64,000 nt of DNA from Syntrophales bacterium (GCA_963662405.2 CAXXKT010000001.1:480001-544000); one strand, 5' to 3'; counted from the first letter of the stretch, positions 1-11,085 are shown. Made by a program: numbers and translations. Notes: generated by a model from the letters alone, not told the origin.

Positions 1-1615
1 TCGCACTGAACGTCTCTCCGTCGAAGAGCCCCTGATCGCTCATCTTGAGCGCGGGGATCACAAGGAGCGCCATGAACGACAGGGCCATGAAGGGGGCACG
101 GAGTCCCGATCCCATCTCTTTTGCCATCCCGTCGAGACGGGTATACCGGTCGGCAACGACCCCGTACTCATCGTCGCTCATGATCCCGGCGACAGGGAGG
201 GGGAGGATGAGTTCCCTCTTTCCCGAAACGGCGGCCAGCCCTCCTCCCTGTTTAATGACGAGGTTCACCGCCCGGGACAGGTCCTCATCCAAGACCCCGA
301 CGACCACGATATTGTGCGAGTCGTGGGCCACGCTGGAGGCGATGGCGCCTGTTTTCAGACCGAAACCGCTGATAAACCCCACCGCGGGGGACGCCTGGTG
401 ATACCGGTTGATCACCGCCACCTTGAGGGCATCCCGTTCGGGATCCGATATCACCTGGTCGCTCACCACCTTTGGTCTCATCACCAGTCTTTCCGTGATC
501 AGGGTGCCGTCCCGAACGCCGATCACGACGATCCGTTCTCCCCTCCGGGGGACAACAAACGAGGAAGGCACGACGGGAGCAGCGTGAAAGGTGTTGACGA
601 TTCGTGGGGGGTCCCGGTGTACCAGTGACGCGCCATTTCGGGCAACGATCTGTCCGTCTATCCATGTCTCCAGAACGGTGAGATCGGTCAGGTTGTCGAC
701 ACGGATGAAATCCGCGGGGTCCCCCCTGCGCAGGAGCCCCATATCCAGGCGGTAGTGCCGGACGGGATTGACCGCAGCGACCCGGAGGACTTTCATGATA
801 TCGATGCCGTAGGCCAGCGCCCCTTTTACCATCTCGTTGATATGTCCCCTCACGAGATCGTCGGGATGTTTGTCGTCGGTGCAGAACATCAGGCGGTCGT
901 CATGCTCCTCGATAAGGGGAAGACACTCCGCGAAGATGTCGGCGGCGGACCCTTTTCGTATCTGGACCATGATCCCCTTTTCGATGTCCTCGCGGGCCTC
1001 CTCGGCGGAGAGACACTCGTGGTTGGTCGATATCCCGGCACGGGCGTAACGAGCGAGGTCGTCTCCCCGCAGGCCGGGGGCGTGACCATCCACCGGTTTG
1101 GAGCAGGCCGCGGCGGCGCGGATCTTCGCCATCACCGTCGGGTCTCCCTGGAGCACGCCGGGGAAGTTCATCATCTCACCCAGATATCCCACCTCTTCCA
1201 TCCTCAGGAGTGCGGTCACCTCATCCACCCCGAGGGATGCCCCTGCCGTCTCGAAAGGGGTCGCCGGGACACAGGAGGGAGCACTGAAACAGATCTTCAA
1301 GGGAGCCCTTTTCGCATCCGCTACCATGTACCGCACGCCTTCGATCCCCAGGACATTGGCGATCTCGTGGGGATCGGATACCGTGGCGATCGTGCCGTGC
1401 ACGGTCGCGATCCGTGAAAACTCGGCGGGGGTGAGCATCGTGCTCTCGATATGGACGTGGGCATCGACAAAACCCGGCATGAGAAAGGTATCTTGTTCCA
1501 TCTCTTCGCGGGTGATGTCGACGATCTTTCCTCCCGAGATGACGAGGGTCCCCGGATAAATATCATCACGTGTCACATCGACGATGTTTCCCGATATTTT
1601 TTCCATCTGTGGCAT
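1..1615 (-). CDS. ade: adenine deaminase (3' end runs off the window; start 1615 or 1606)
   Basis: Manual translation MPQMEKISGNIVDV...PGFVDAHVHIESTMLTPAEF...SDPHEIANVLG shows the amidohydrolase HxH and adenine deaminase motifs. Absent from the ORF track because it has no stop in the window. Confidence 0.9.
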   Translation of the reverse strand, partial: MPQMEKISGNIVDVTRDDIYPGTLVISGGKIVDITREEMEQDTFLMPGFVDAHVHIESTMLTPAEFSRIATVHGTIATVSDPHEIANVLGIEGVRYMVADAKRAPLKICFSAPSCVPATPFETAGASLGVDEVTALLRMEEVGYLGEMMNFPGVLQGDPTVMAKIRAAAACSKPVDGHAPGLRGDDLARYARAGISTNHECLSAEEAREDIEKGIMVQIRKGSAADIFAECLPLIEEHDDRLMFCTDDKHPDDLVRGHINEMVKGALAYGIDIMKVLRVAAVNPVRHYRLDMGLLRRGDPADFIRVDNLTDLTVLETWIDGQIVARNGASLVHRDPPRIVNTFHAAPVVPSSFVVPRRGERIVVIGVRDGTLITERLVMRPKVVSDQVISDPERDALKVAVINRYHQASPAVGFISGFGLKTGAIASSVAHDSHNIVVVGVLDEDLSRAVNLVIKQGGGLAAVSGKRELILPLPVAGIMSDDEYGVVADRYTRLDGMAKEMGSGLRAPFMALSFMALLVIPALKMSDQGLFDGETFSA

Positions 1616-1697
1616 CCTGCGGAAAGCGACGGATTCCCAAAGACCCGGACCGGTCCCTCCCCCACCACGGAGTAGGGCGAAGAGGGAACCGGTACCG

Positions 1698-3509
1698 TTA
1701 TCTGAAGAAATCGTAGACCTTGCTTATGATTGTTTTTTTGCCTTCGGACTCAGTCACCACTTTTTCTGGTTGAAAATGAGACTTCTTCTCAACGGGAGGA
1801 AATGCCGGGGACCGTTCGGGCTTCTTCTCAACGGGAGGAAACGCCGGGGAACGTTCGGGCTTCTCCTCCGCTTCAGGAGATCCTCCGGAGTTCTCCGGAA
1901 CCGTGGATTCAGCCGCCGGTTCCGATTCGCTCCCCGTGGGCTCGGGTACGGTTTGCTCCTGTCCCTCGGTCTTTGCCTGTCGCGGCCGTCTCCTCCTTCG
2001 GGCCGGTTTCCTGGCAACCGGTTTGGGCTTCTCCTCGGGAATTTCGACCACAGCTTCTCCGACAACGGGTTTTCGTTTTACCGTCTTGGAGTGAAATTCA
2101 CCCCACAGGAGGGCGGGATCTCCCTCAATGGTCACGGAGACACCGTGGAGACCCTCCAGTTTGCTGAGTTGGGTCCGTTTCTGGTTGAGGAGATAGGCGG
2201 TCACTTCCGGCGGAAGCGTCACGGTGATTTCCGAAGACTCCTCGTTGACCGCCTCCGACTTGATCCTCCGGAGCGCCCTGAGGGCCAGGTATTCGACGGA
2301 TGGTCGCATGCCGCTCCCCCGGCAATAGGGACAGATCGAATAGCTGATTTCCTGTATCGTGGACTGCTTTTTCTGGCGAGAGAGTTCCAGCATGCCGAAG
2401 CGGGATATCTTCGCCATCTGTATCCGGGACCGGTCGGTCTTCAGGGCATCCCGGAAGGTCTTTTCCACCTGGGTGATATGATCCTTGGCCATCATGTCGA
2501 TGAAATCGACGATGATCAGCCCCCCGAGGTCCCGCAGACGCAGTTGCCGAGCGATCTCTTCCGCCGCCTGGAGGTTGGTCTTGTAGGCCGTCTCCTCCAC
2601 ATCCCGCCGCTTCAGACGACCGGAGTTCACATCAATGGTAATCCCCGCCTCCGTGGGCTCTATGACAATGGACCCCCCCGACTTCAGGTTGACACGTGGT
2701 TGATAAATATCATTGATCTGGTCCTCAATACCATACTGATCGAACAGCGGTGTTTCCTCCTTGTAGAGCTTGATCATTCGCACATTCCGCGGTGAAACGG
2801 CCTTGCAGTACGCCTTCATCTTCCGAGCCGTTTCGGGATCATCAACCAATATCTCATTAATATCAGAGGTATAGTAGTCTCTGAACGCCCGGACGGCGAA
2901 ATCGGTCTCCTGGTATATCAACCCGGGGACCACCGTCTTCTCGGACTTCGTCTCGATATCCTTCCACAACCTGATCAGCATCTGGTAGTCCCGGACCAAC
3001 TCCTGCTTCGTCCGGTTCATTCCGGCGGTGCGCACGATAAAGCCCATGTCTTCTTTTTCAGTTATCTGGCCTACCAACGACTTGAGGCGTTTTCGGTCCG
3101 CTTCATTCTCGATCTTACGGGAAATACCGCTCCCCGGCCTGTTGGGCATGAGAACAAGGTACCGACCGGGGAGCGATATATGTGTCGTCAGCATTGCCCC
3201 CTTGCCTCCTTTTTCCTCACGCAAGACCTGGACGAGCAGCTTCTTTCCTACCGATAATTTTCGATTCTCACTGAAGTACTCGGAGGCGACATCGCGGAGC
3301 GGCAGGAACCCGCTCTTGCCGGCGCCGTAATCCACAAAGGCCGCCCGCAGTCCCTGTTGAACGTTCTGGACAACACCGTTGTATATATTGCCGGTTGTCG
3401 GTTCCCTGACGGACATCCGTATGTTGTAGTCCAACAGATTGCCGTCCTCGATAACGGCCATCCGGCTCTCTTCCTCATCAATCGTATTGATAAGCATCTT
3501 TTTAGTCAT
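1698..3509 (-). CDS. rne: ribonuclease E/G family endoribonuclease
   Basis: S1 region GNIYNGVV, IDVNSG and LRDLGGLIIVDFIDM motifs, CPYC zinc link, low-complexity tail. Start MTKKMLIN follows a GAGG RBS. Confidence 0.92.
   Translation of the reverse strand: MTKKMLINTIDEEESRMAVIEDGNLLDYNIRMSVREPTTGNIYNGVVQNVQQGLRAAFVDYGAGKSGFLPLRDVASEYFSENRKLSVGKKLLVQVLREEKGGKGAMLTTHISLPGRYLVLMPNRPGSGISRKIENEADRKRLKSLVGQITEKEDMGFIVRTAGMNRTKQELVRDYQMLIRLWKDIETKSEKTVVPGLIYQETDFAVRAFRDYYTSDINEILVDDPETARKMKAYCKAVSPRNVRMIKLYKEETPLFDQYGIEDQINDIYQPRVNLKSGGSIVIEPTEAGITIDVNSGRLKRRDVEETAYKTNLQAAEEIARQLRLRDLGGLIIVDFIDMMAKDHITQVEKTFRDALKTDRSRIQMAKISRFGMLELSRQKKQSTIQEISYSICPYCRGSGMRPSVEYLALRALRRIKSEAVNEESSEITVTLPPEVTAYLLNQKRTQLSKLEGLHGVSVTIEGDPALLWGEFHSKTVKRKPVVGEAVVEIPEEKPKPVARKPARRRRRPRQAKTEGQEQTVPEPTGSESEPAAESTVPENSGGSPEAEEKPERSPAFPPVEKKPERSPAFPPVEKKSHFQPEKVVTESEGKKTIISKVYDFFR
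1782..1859. repeat. 39-bp tandem repeat x2 in the RNase E tail (KPERSPAFPPVEK)
   Basis: Near-identical copies at 1782-1820 and 1821-1859. Confidence 0.9.
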
Positions 3510-3594
3510 TACAATCCTCTTTCTGTTGACGTATGATGTAAACCCGCCTTCGGTAAAGCGGGCGGCGTCGTATTGTTTGCACGGCACGGACCTG

Positions 3595-4200
3595 TCAAAA
3601 CGCGTCCGTATCACCCTTACCCTCTCTGATGATCTCCGGGGCATCATCAACAAGGGCCACCACGGTCGACAGTTCCGGTGGCAGGATGCCGCTGTCTATC
3701 ACCAACTCGACGGCATGGCCGAGCTTATCATGGATAATATCCGGATCGGTTAAGATCTCCCCCTCAGGCATCTTGACGGTCGTGCTGATGATCGGTCCTC
3801 CGAATTCCCTGACAAGAGAGAGACAGACCTCGTGGTCCGGGATTCGGATCCCTACCTCTTTGCGCTTCGGGAGCAGGATCTTCGGGACAACCCGGGATGC
3901 TCCCAATACAAAGGTGTAGGGACCGGGGAGCAGCCGTTTCATGATCTTATACGCATAGTTGGTCACGACGGCATAGCTGCTTATATCACTCAGATCCGCA
4001 CAGATAAAACTGAAAGGCTGTGTCTTGCTCCTTCGCTTGATCTCGTATATCTTCTCGATCCCCCGCTTGTTGAAGAGGTCACACCCCATTCCGTACGCCG
4101 TGTCGGTCGGGTAGACAACAATGCCACCGTCACGCAGGACCTGGACAGCCTTGTGTATCAATCGCATCTGTGGATTTGTCTCGTGTATCTTTACCAGCAT
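3595..4200 (-). CDS. tsaC: Sua5/YciO/YrdC family protein (threonylcarbamoyl-AMP synthase-like)
   Basis: VVYPTDTAYGMGC, LLPGPYT and GIRIPDH motifs; could be the YciO paralogue. Confidence 0.8.
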   Translation of the reverse strand: MLVKIHETNPQMRLIHKAVQVLRDGGIVVYPTDTAYGMGCDLFNKRGIEKIYEIKRRSKTQPFSFICADLSDISSYAVVTNYAYKIMKRLLPGPYTFVLGASRVVPKILLPKRKEVGIRIPDHEVCLSLVREFGGPIISTTVKMPEGEILTDPDIIHDKLGHAVELVIDSGILPPELSTVVALVDDAPEIIREGKGDTDAF

Positions 4201-4204
4201 CGCA

Positions 4205-5767
4205 TCATCCCCTCCGCAACAGAGCCCTCACCTCGGAACCGCCCAGGATAAGAGAGCTGATAACAAATACGGTAAATCCAACCGCTATCGTCACGATCAA
4301 AAAAAGCAGCCGCTCGCTGAAGGCCCCGGCGCTGTTCCACGCGAGCATCCTGCCGGCGATTCCGACCGCCGCCGCCATGACGGCCGACGCAAGGGTCGTT
4401 CGTGATACGGATACCCAAAAATCTCTTTGAAGAAACCGGCCGACCCTCCGTTCCAATATCACGGCCAGGACAACGATATTGACCGCGGAGGCGATCGAGG
4501 TCGCAAGGGCAAGACCGTTGTGCTTCAGCGGAAACATCAGGGCAACCCCCATGACCACATTGACGATCAGCGCCACGACCGCGATCTTCACGGGGGTCCG
4601 GGTGTCCTGAAGGGCGTAAAAGGCGGAGACCACAACACGAATACAGGAAAAGGCCCACAGACCGACGGCATATGACAAGAGGGCCTGGGCAGTCGGAATC
4701 GTTGACGCAATATCGAACTCACCCCGCTGGAAGAGAACGGAGATGATCGGCACCCGGAGAACGATCAGGGCCACCATCGACGGGATCGTGACAAATAGAA
4801 TCAATCGCAGAGAGAATGATATCGTTTTCTTCAACCGTTCATAATCCGCCCCGGCCGCCTGTTCCGAAAAACTGGGGAGAGCCGCCGTCCCCACCGCGAT
4901 GGCGAAGACACCGAGGGGAAGCTGCACTACCCGGTCGGCATAGTACAGATACGAGACGCTCCCTCCGGGGAGGAGAGAGGCCAGGATGGTCCCGATAAAG
5001 ATGCTCGCCTGATAAACGGCCGCCCCGAAAACAGCCGGGAGCATCAAGACGCCGATCCGCCGTATCCCCGGATGATTGAAACGGAAGCTCGGTCTGAGAC
5101 GCGCCCCCACCTTGCGCAGGAAGGGAAACTGCATCACAAGTTGCAGAACTCCCCCCGCCATCACCCCGACGGTGAGCGACAGGATCGGCTCGGCAAAGAA
5201 ATCCTTCAAGGCAAAAACGGCGGCGATCATGCAGATATTGAGAACCACCGGGGCGAGGGCCGGGGCCGCAAAGTGCCGCAGTGAATTGAGGATCCCCATA
5301 CACAGCGCCACTAACGATATGAAGAATATGTAAGGGAACATGAGACGAGTCAGAAACACCGTGAGGGCATATTTATCCGGAACATCGGCAAAACCGGGGG
5401 CCATGATCATCACGATCCAAGGGGAGAGCAGAATCCCCGCCACCGAGACCAGAGCCAGGACAATGGAGAGAAGAGTGAACGCGGCATTGGCCAGCTCAAG
5501 CGCCTCACTTCTGGATTGTTTCTTGAGGTACTCCGTAAAAACCGGGACGAAGGCAATGGTCAACGACCCCTCCGCAAAGAGGCGCCGGAGGAGGTTGGGT
5601 ATCCTGAAAGCCACGAAAAAGGCATCGGTGGCCATACCGGCCCCGAAAAAGCCGGCAATCACTACATCCCTGATAAAGCCGAACACCCGGCTGAGCAAGG
5701 TCGCAAGCCCGACAACCCACGCCGCTCTTACCACGCGGGTATTTTCTGTCTCTTTCTGTGGAATCAA
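4205..5767 (-). CDS. murJ: lipid II flippase MurJ
   Basis: SRVFGFIRD and AFRIPNLLRRLFAEG motifs; many TM segments. Confidence 0.95.
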   Translation of the reverse strand: MIPQKETENTRVVRAAWVVGLATLLSRVFGFIRDVVIAGFFGAGMATDAFFVAFRIPNLLRRLFAEGSLTIAFVPVFTEYLKKQSRSEALELANAAFTLLSIVLALVSVAGILLSPWIVMIMAPGFADVPDKYALTVFLTRLMFPYIFFISLVALCMGILNSLRHFAAPALAPVVLNICMIAAVFALKDFFAEPILSLTVGVMAGGVLQLVMQFPFLRKVGARLRPSFRFNHPGIRRIGVLMLPAVFGAAVYQASIFIGTILASLLPGGSVSYLYYADRVVQLPLGVFAIAVGTAALPSFSEQAAGADYERLKKTISFSLRLILFVTIPSMVALIVLRVPIISVLFQRGEFDIASTIPTAQALLSYAVGLWAFSCIRVVVSAFYALQDTRTPVKIAVVALIVNVVMGVALMFPLKHNGLALATSIASAVNIVVLAVILERRVGRFLQRDFWVSVSRTTLASAVMAAAVGIAGRMLAWNSAGAFSERLLFLIVTIAVGFTVFVISSLILGGSEVRALLRRG

Positions 5768-5782
5768 ATTTACCGTGTTATC

Positions 5783-6436
5783 CTACTTGTCCACCCGATA
5801 CTCATCCGTGACGGCATACCCGGCATCTTCAAGGACCCTGCGAAGCTCGGTATTTTTATCTGTCCCCACGCGTATCAGCGTCGACTGAAAACCTTCGTTA
5901 TCCTCGTCAACGGCGGATATAATGGAAACGATCTTAAGGCCCATGCCGTTGATGATGCTCTCCACCTTCGCGATCTCTCCCGCGTTGCTCGACAGCTTGA
6001 GTCCAATACGACAACTCGGCGTGCTGTGCACCCCCATGAAATCAAGGAGCACATTGAGGAGATCGCAGGTGGTGATCAGGCCGATCAGTTCGTCACCGGC
6101 CACGACGGGAAGACTGTTGACGTGTTTTTCATTGATCACCCGTGCCGCTTCTTCAATCGTCGTCCCCGGCGTCGTCGTGAAGACCTTCTTGGTCATCACT
6201 TTTTTTACCTTGATCTCCGAGAGGAGGTAGTTCAGCTCGTGGACGGAAAGAGTCGTTGCCGGAGAGGGTGAATTGTCCCTGATGTCCCTGTCGGTAATAA
6301 TACCAACCAGCTTCTTTCCATCCACGACGGGAAGCTGGTCAATCTGTTTTTCTTTTAAGAGATTCTTGGCCTTGAGAATACTGGTCTCCGGAGTCACCGT
6401 GATCAGGTTTCTCGACATCTTTTTCCCTACAAACAT
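5783..6436 (-). CDS. CBS-pair + ACT domain protein (AcuB-like)
   Basis: LPVVDGKKLVGIITDRDIR and SPSPATTLSVHELNYLL; GGAGG RBS before MFVGKKM. Confidence 0.85.
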   Translation of the reverse strand: MFVGKKMSRNLITVTPETSILKAKNLLKEKQIDQLPVVDGKKLVGIITDRDIRDNSPSPATTLSVHELNYLLSEIKVKKVMTKKVFTTTPGTTIEEAARVINEKHVNSLPVVAGDELIGLITTCDLLNVLLDFMGVHSTPSCRIGLKLSSNAGEIAKVESIINGMGLKIVSIISAVDEDNEGFQSTLIRVGTDKNTELRRVLEDAGYAVTDEYRVDK

Positions 6437-6461
6437 ACCAATACCCTCCGGTTTCGTGCGT

Positions 6462-6932
6462 TTAAACTGCGGCACTCTTCACCAGTTTTCTGATCCTCTT
6501 CTTGAGCCGGTTGAGTCTTCTCCTCAGACGGTTCACGCCCGCCTTGTCTCCCTGTTCCTTCAGATCGGCCTTTTTCTCTTTCAACTCGGCCATCTTCTGC
6601 TTGAGAGACGATACCGTCTCCGCACCCTTCTCGGGGACCTTTCCACGTTTTTTCTCAGGTTTCTTCTGCGGTTTCTTTTCTTCTTTCTGAGACGATTCTC
6701 CGGCGGGTTCCGCTTCCTTCGCGGTCTCTTCGGTCACCTTCTCAGTTTCCTGTTTCTTCGGTTCGGCCGGGCCCGCTTCCCCCTCCTGTGCTGCATTACC
6801 ACGCGCAGCGCTGATAGCCTCTATCAAATCCGCCTTCTTCATGGCGCTGATCCCCTCGATCGTCCCGGTCTCTCGGGCGATTTCCTTCAGCTCAGGTACT
6901 GTGTAGTCTTCGAGACTCTTTCCATTTGTCAT
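6462..6932 (-). CDS. Rho termination factor N-terminal domain protein
   Basis: YTVPELKEIARE...ISAMKKADLIEAI Rho_N-like motif followed by a charged coiled-coil tail. Confidence 0.7.
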   Translation of the reverse strand: MTNGKSLEDYTVPELKEIARETGTIEGISAMKKADLIEAISAARGNAAQEGEAGPAEPKKQETEKVTEETAKEAEPAGESSQKEEKKPQKKPEKKRGKVPEKGAETVSSLKQKMAELKEKKADLKEQGDKAGVNRLRRRLNRLKKRIRKLVKSAAV

Positions 6933-7125
6933 AGCATTCTCCCCCCTCCTCGGACTGACAGCTTGGTTAAACAAAACTTTCATAGGACAATCACAAACCA
7001 CAACCTTTAGCCTTATAGCACAAGAGGTTTTTCAAAATCAAATACAATCAGAGAGATAGGGGCAGGAACCTGAATTATGCGGGGAAAACCGGCTCCCCTG
7101 AAAAGGGCGCTTTGTTCTTTTTCAA

Positions 7126-10100
7126 ATGACGATAATCCTGTATATCATGCACGGTATGAACACGGCATCTCCTGATATACGATCCCTGCAGAAGAGGATA
7201 CGCTCCGGGGTGGGAAAGGCGCTTGCCCCCGACCGGCGTATCATCACCGGAGAGCTGCGCCGCATAGAGAAGGCCCTTGAAAAAAACCGGAACGAGCAGG
7301 GAGTATTGGCACGCCTCACACGGTTGGAGAAGAGGGTCCATGCCTCCATACAAAAGAGGGAGGCCCGCCGGGCCCATCTCCCGCAGGTGACCTATCCCGC
7401 ATCGCTCCCCATCGCGCAGAAGAAGGACGAGATCGTGGCGGCCATCCGCGCACACCGGGTCGTCGTCATCACCGGCGAGACCGGTTCCGGGAAGACCACG
7501 CAGATCCCCAAGATGTGTATCGAGGCGGGGCGCGGTGTCGACGGGATGATCGGGTGCACCCAGCCCCGGCGAATCGCCGCGATTACGGTCGCCCGGCGCA
7601 TCGCCGACGAGTTGAAGGAGACGGTGGGGCGGTCCGTCGGCTACAAGATCCGCTTCCAGGACGTCACGAACCGGGATATCCACATGAAGGTGATGACCGA
7701 CGGGGTCCTCCTGATGGAGACCCAGGCGGACCGGTTCCTCAACGCCTACGACACCCTGATCATCGACGAGGCCCACGAACGGAGCACAAACATCGACTTT
7801 CTCCTGGGGATACTCAAGGACCTCCTCAACCGGCGGAAGGACCTTAAGCTCATCATCACCTCCGCGACCATCGACCCCCAGACCTTCTCGAAGGCCTTCG
7901 ACGATGCCCCCATCATCGAGGTGTCGGGGCGGATGTACCCGGTGGAGGTTCGCTGGCTGCCCCTCGATTCGAAGGCGAATGACGAGGAACCCTCCCACGT
8001 CGACGCGGCGGTCCGGGCGGTGGTTGAACTGGAACGCGAAGGGCCGGGGGACATCCTCGTCTTCATGCCGACCCAGCAGGACATCGTGGACACCTGCGCC
8101 GCTCTTGAAGGGAGGAGGCGCGGCGAGGCGACCGTCCTCCCCCTCTTCGGACGCCTCTCGTCATCGCAGCAGCAGCGCGTCTTCGCACGGACACGGACAC
8201 GGAAGATCGTCGTCGCCACCAACGTGGCGGAGACCTCCATCACGATCCCCGGGATCCGCTACGTCATCGACACGGGACTCGCGCGGATAGCGGAATACAA
8301 CCCCGGCACCCGGACCGGGCGGCTCCCCGTGAAGGGGATCTCGAAGAGCAGCGCCATTCAGCGGACGGGACGGTGCGGACGGGTGCAGGACGGTATCTGC
8401 GTCCGTCTCTACGCCGAAGACGATTTCGAGGACCGTCCCTTCTTCACCCCCCCGGAGATCCTCCGCTCCAACCTGGCCGAGGTGATCCTCCGGATGATCG
8501 CCCTCAAGATCGGTGACATCGCCTCCTTCCCCTTCATCGATCCCCCTTCCCCTCATGCCGTCCGGGACGGCCTCGCCCTCCTCCATGAACTGGGGGCCAT
8601 CGAGACGGAGGGGAAGGAAACGCGCCTGACCGAGCGGGGGAGGGAAATGGCACGTCTCCCCCTCGACCCCCGGATCGCTCGCATGATCCTCGACGCCGAG
8701 AAGGAGGGGTGCCGGGAGGAGGTGATCGTCATCGCCGCCGCCCTCTCCATCCAAGACCCCCGGGAGCGCCCCCTCGAAAAGGAACAGGCGGCCGACCAGG
8801 CGCACCGGCCCTTCATCAACCCGGCCTCCGACTTCATTACCCTTCTGAACATCTGGAACCGGTACCACGAGGTCTTCAAGGCGGAGAAGACACAGAACCG
8901 GATGCGCCGCTTCTGCAAGGACCATTTCCTCTCGTACCGCCGGATGCGGGAATGGCGGGACGTGCGCGACCAGATAGAGCAGATCCTGAAAGAGGCCGGC
9001 CACCGGAAGAAACCACACAGGCTCCAGGGAGAGGCCCTCTACGCGGGGATTCACCGGGCCATCCTGGGGGGATACCTCTCCAGCATCGGGATCAAAAAGG
9101 AAAAGAACATCTACCGCATGGCGAAGGGGAAAGAGGCGATGCTCTTCCCCGGATCGGGGCTCTTCAACCGCGGGGGGGACTGGATCGTCTCGGCCGAACT
9201 GGTGGAGACATCGCGGCTCTTCGCCCGGATGAGCGCCGTCATCCAGCCTGAATGGCTGGAGGAAGTCGCGGGCGATCTGTGCCGCCGCACCTACCTGGAG
9301 CCGCACTGGGAGAAGAACCGGGGCGAGGTGGTGGCAACCGAGCAGGTCTCCCTCCACGGCCTGATCATCATCCCGGGACGGCCCGTCTCGTTCGGCCGCA
9401 TCGATCCCGCACAGGCCACGAAGGTCTTCATCCGGAGCGCCCTCGTTGAAGGTGAGGTCCGAACCCCGCCTCCCTTCCTGGCCCATAACCTGAACCTGAT
9501 GGACGAGGTGGCCGGGATGGAGGACAAGATCCGCCGGCGTGACATCCTGGTGAGCGAGGATATCCTTACCCGGTTCTACGAGGAGCGGATCGGGATCGCT
9601 TATAATATCAGGACATTGAATAAACTGATCAAGGACAGGGGGGGAGACGGATTCCTCCGCATGGCCAGGGACCAGCTCATGGGGTACGATCCGGAGGAGG
9701 AGATCGCCCGGTATCCGGACAAGATCACCGTGGGGACTCGGGTCCTGACCTGCGCATACCGGTTCGAACCGGGCGGGGAGGACGACGGCGTCACGATCCG
9801 CATCCCCGCCGACACCGCCGCGGCCCTCCCCCTGGAAAGTGCCGACTGGCAGATCCCCGCCCTCCTGAAAGAGAAGGTAACCCATCTCCTCAAGGGCCTC
9901 CCCAAGGAGTATCGCCGGAAGCTGGTCCCCATTCCGCAGACGGTGGAGACCGTTCTTACCGGTATGGAAAAAGATGTCGGCGTCCCCCTGATCACAGCCC
10001 TGGCGCGTTTCATCCACGAGCGGTACAACGTCAGCGTTCCGGCCGCGGCCTGGCCCACCGAGAGCCTCCCCGACCATCTGCGGATGCGCTTCGCCATCGT

Positions 10101-11085
10101 GAACGAAAAGGGGAAGGAGGTTCGCTCCGCCCGCGACATCGATCAGCTCCGCGTAAAATCCTCTCCAGGAAAAGATTCGTCGGTCCTGAAGACGGCGCGG
10201 AAGCGATGGGAACGGGAGGGGATCACGGCGTGGAATTTCGACGACCTCCCCGCAGATATCCCGCTGAAGGGGAAAGGATCGGCATTCCCCGCACTGACGA
10301 GAGGAGAAGAGGGGAGCGTCGCCCTCCGCCTCTTCGGCGAGCGGGAGCAGGCGGCCGCCGCGCACCGTGAGGGGATCGCCGCCCTGTACGAAGTCACCCT
10401 GAAAAAGGATATGACCTTTCTAAAGAAGAGCCTCGCCCTCCCGAAGGAGTTCCACGTCGCCGCCCGCGCCTGCGGGGGCGTGAAGGCGATCGAGCAGGCA
10501 CTCTACCGGAAAGTCGTCCGATCCCTCTTGGAACGGGACATGCGGACAAAGGATGCCTTCGACGAATACGCGAAGACGGCGCGACAGGCCCTCTTTCCCC
10601 AGGCGCAGGAACTCCTGCAAAACGTCATCCCGGTGCTCAGGGCGCGGGGAGAAGCCGGCGAGGCCCTCCGGCGGCTGGAGATGTCCAGCCGGGGCAACCG
10701 GGCCGCCCAGCAATTCATTGCCGACCTCAGGTCTGATATCGACCGCCTGCTCCCGGAAGGATTCGTCGATCTTTATGATGAGGAGCGACTGCAGAATATC
10801 CCACGGTACCTGAAGGCCCTCGTGACCCGCGCCGAACGGGGGATCACCCACCTCGACAAGGACGCGGCCAAGGCCGCCAACGTCAGGCCCTTTACCGACA
10901 AGCTGGCTGAAATGCGGAATGGAGTTTCCTCACCCTCCCCGGAGCGGCGGCAGGCCTTGGAAGAGTACCGGTGGATGGTGGAAGAGTACCGGATCTCCGT
11001 CTTCGCCCCCGAGATGAAGACCGCCCGTCCCGTCTCCCCCAAGCGGCTCCAAGAGAAGATCGGCCAGATCGAACGGATGCTCTGA
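7126..11085 (+). CDS. hrpA: ATP-dependent RNA helicase HrpA
   Basis: GETGSGKTTQ, DEAH, SAT and QRTGRCGR motifs; 1319 aa with the HrpA-type C-terminus. Exact start uncertain. Confidence 0.95.
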   Translation: MTIILYIMHGMNTASPDIRSLQKRIRSGVGKALAPDRRIITGELRRIEKALEKNRNEQGVLARLTRLEKRVHASIQKREARRAHLPQVTYPASLPIAQKKDEIVAAIRAHRVVVITGETGSGKTTQIPKMCIEAGRGVDGMIGCTQPRRIAAITVARRIADELKETVGRSVGYKIRFQDVTNRDIHMKVMTDGVLLMETQADRFLNAYDTLIIDEAHERSTNIDFLLGILKDLLNRRKDLKLIITSATIDPQTFSKAFDDAPIIEVSGRMYPVEVRWLPLDSKANDEEPSHVDAAVRAVVELEREGPGDILVFMPTQQDIVDTCAALEGRRRGEATVLPLFGRLSSSQQQRVFARTRTRKIVVATNVAETSITIPGIRYVIDTGLARIAEYNPGTRTGRLPVKGISKSSAIQRTGRCGRVQDGICVRLYAEDDFEDRPFFTPPEILRSNLAEVILRMIALKIGDIASFPFIDPPSPHAVRDGLALLHELGAIETEGKETRLTERGREMARLPLDPRIARMILDAEKEGCREEVIVIAAALSIQDPRERPLEKEQAADQAHRPFINPASDFITLLNIWNRYHEVFKAEKTQNRMRRFCKDHFLSYRRMREWRDVRDQIEQILKEAGHRKKPHRLQGEALYAGIHRAILGGYLSSIGIKKEKNIYRMAKGKEAMLFPGSGLFNRGGDWIVSAELVETSRLFARMSAVIQPEWLEEVAGDLCRRTYLEPHWEKNRGEVVATEQVSLHGLIIIPGRPVSFGRIDPAQATKVFIRSALVEGEVRTPPPFLAHNLNLMDEVAGMEDKIRRRDILVSEDILTRFYEERIGIAYNIRTLNKLIKDRGGDGFLRMARDQLMGYDPEEEIARYPDKITVGTRVLTCAYRFEPGGEDDGVTIRIPADTAAALPLESADWQIPALLKEKVTHLLKGLPKEYRRKLVPIPQTVETVLTGMEKDVGVPLITALARFIHERYNVSVPAAAWPTESLPDHLRMRFAIVNEKGKEVRSARDIDQLRVKSSPGKDSSVLKTARKRWEREGITAWNFDDLPADIPLKGKGSAFPALTRGEEGSVALRLFGEREQAAAAHREGIAALYEVTLKKDMTFLKKSLALPKEFHVAARACGGVKAIEQALYRKVVRSLLERDMRTKDAFDEYAKTARQALFPQAQELLQNVIPVLRARGEAGEALRRLEMSSRGNRAAQQFIADLRSDIDRLLPEGFVDLYDEERLQNIPRYLKALVTRAERGITHLDKDAAKAANVRPFTDKLAEMRNGVSSPSPERRQALEEYRWMVEEYRISVFAPEMKTARPVSPKRLQEKIGQIERML

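Noticed and set aside
8161..10365. 734-aa minus-strand ORF
   Set aside because: Antisense shadow of hrpA in GC-rich DNA; no recognisable motifs.
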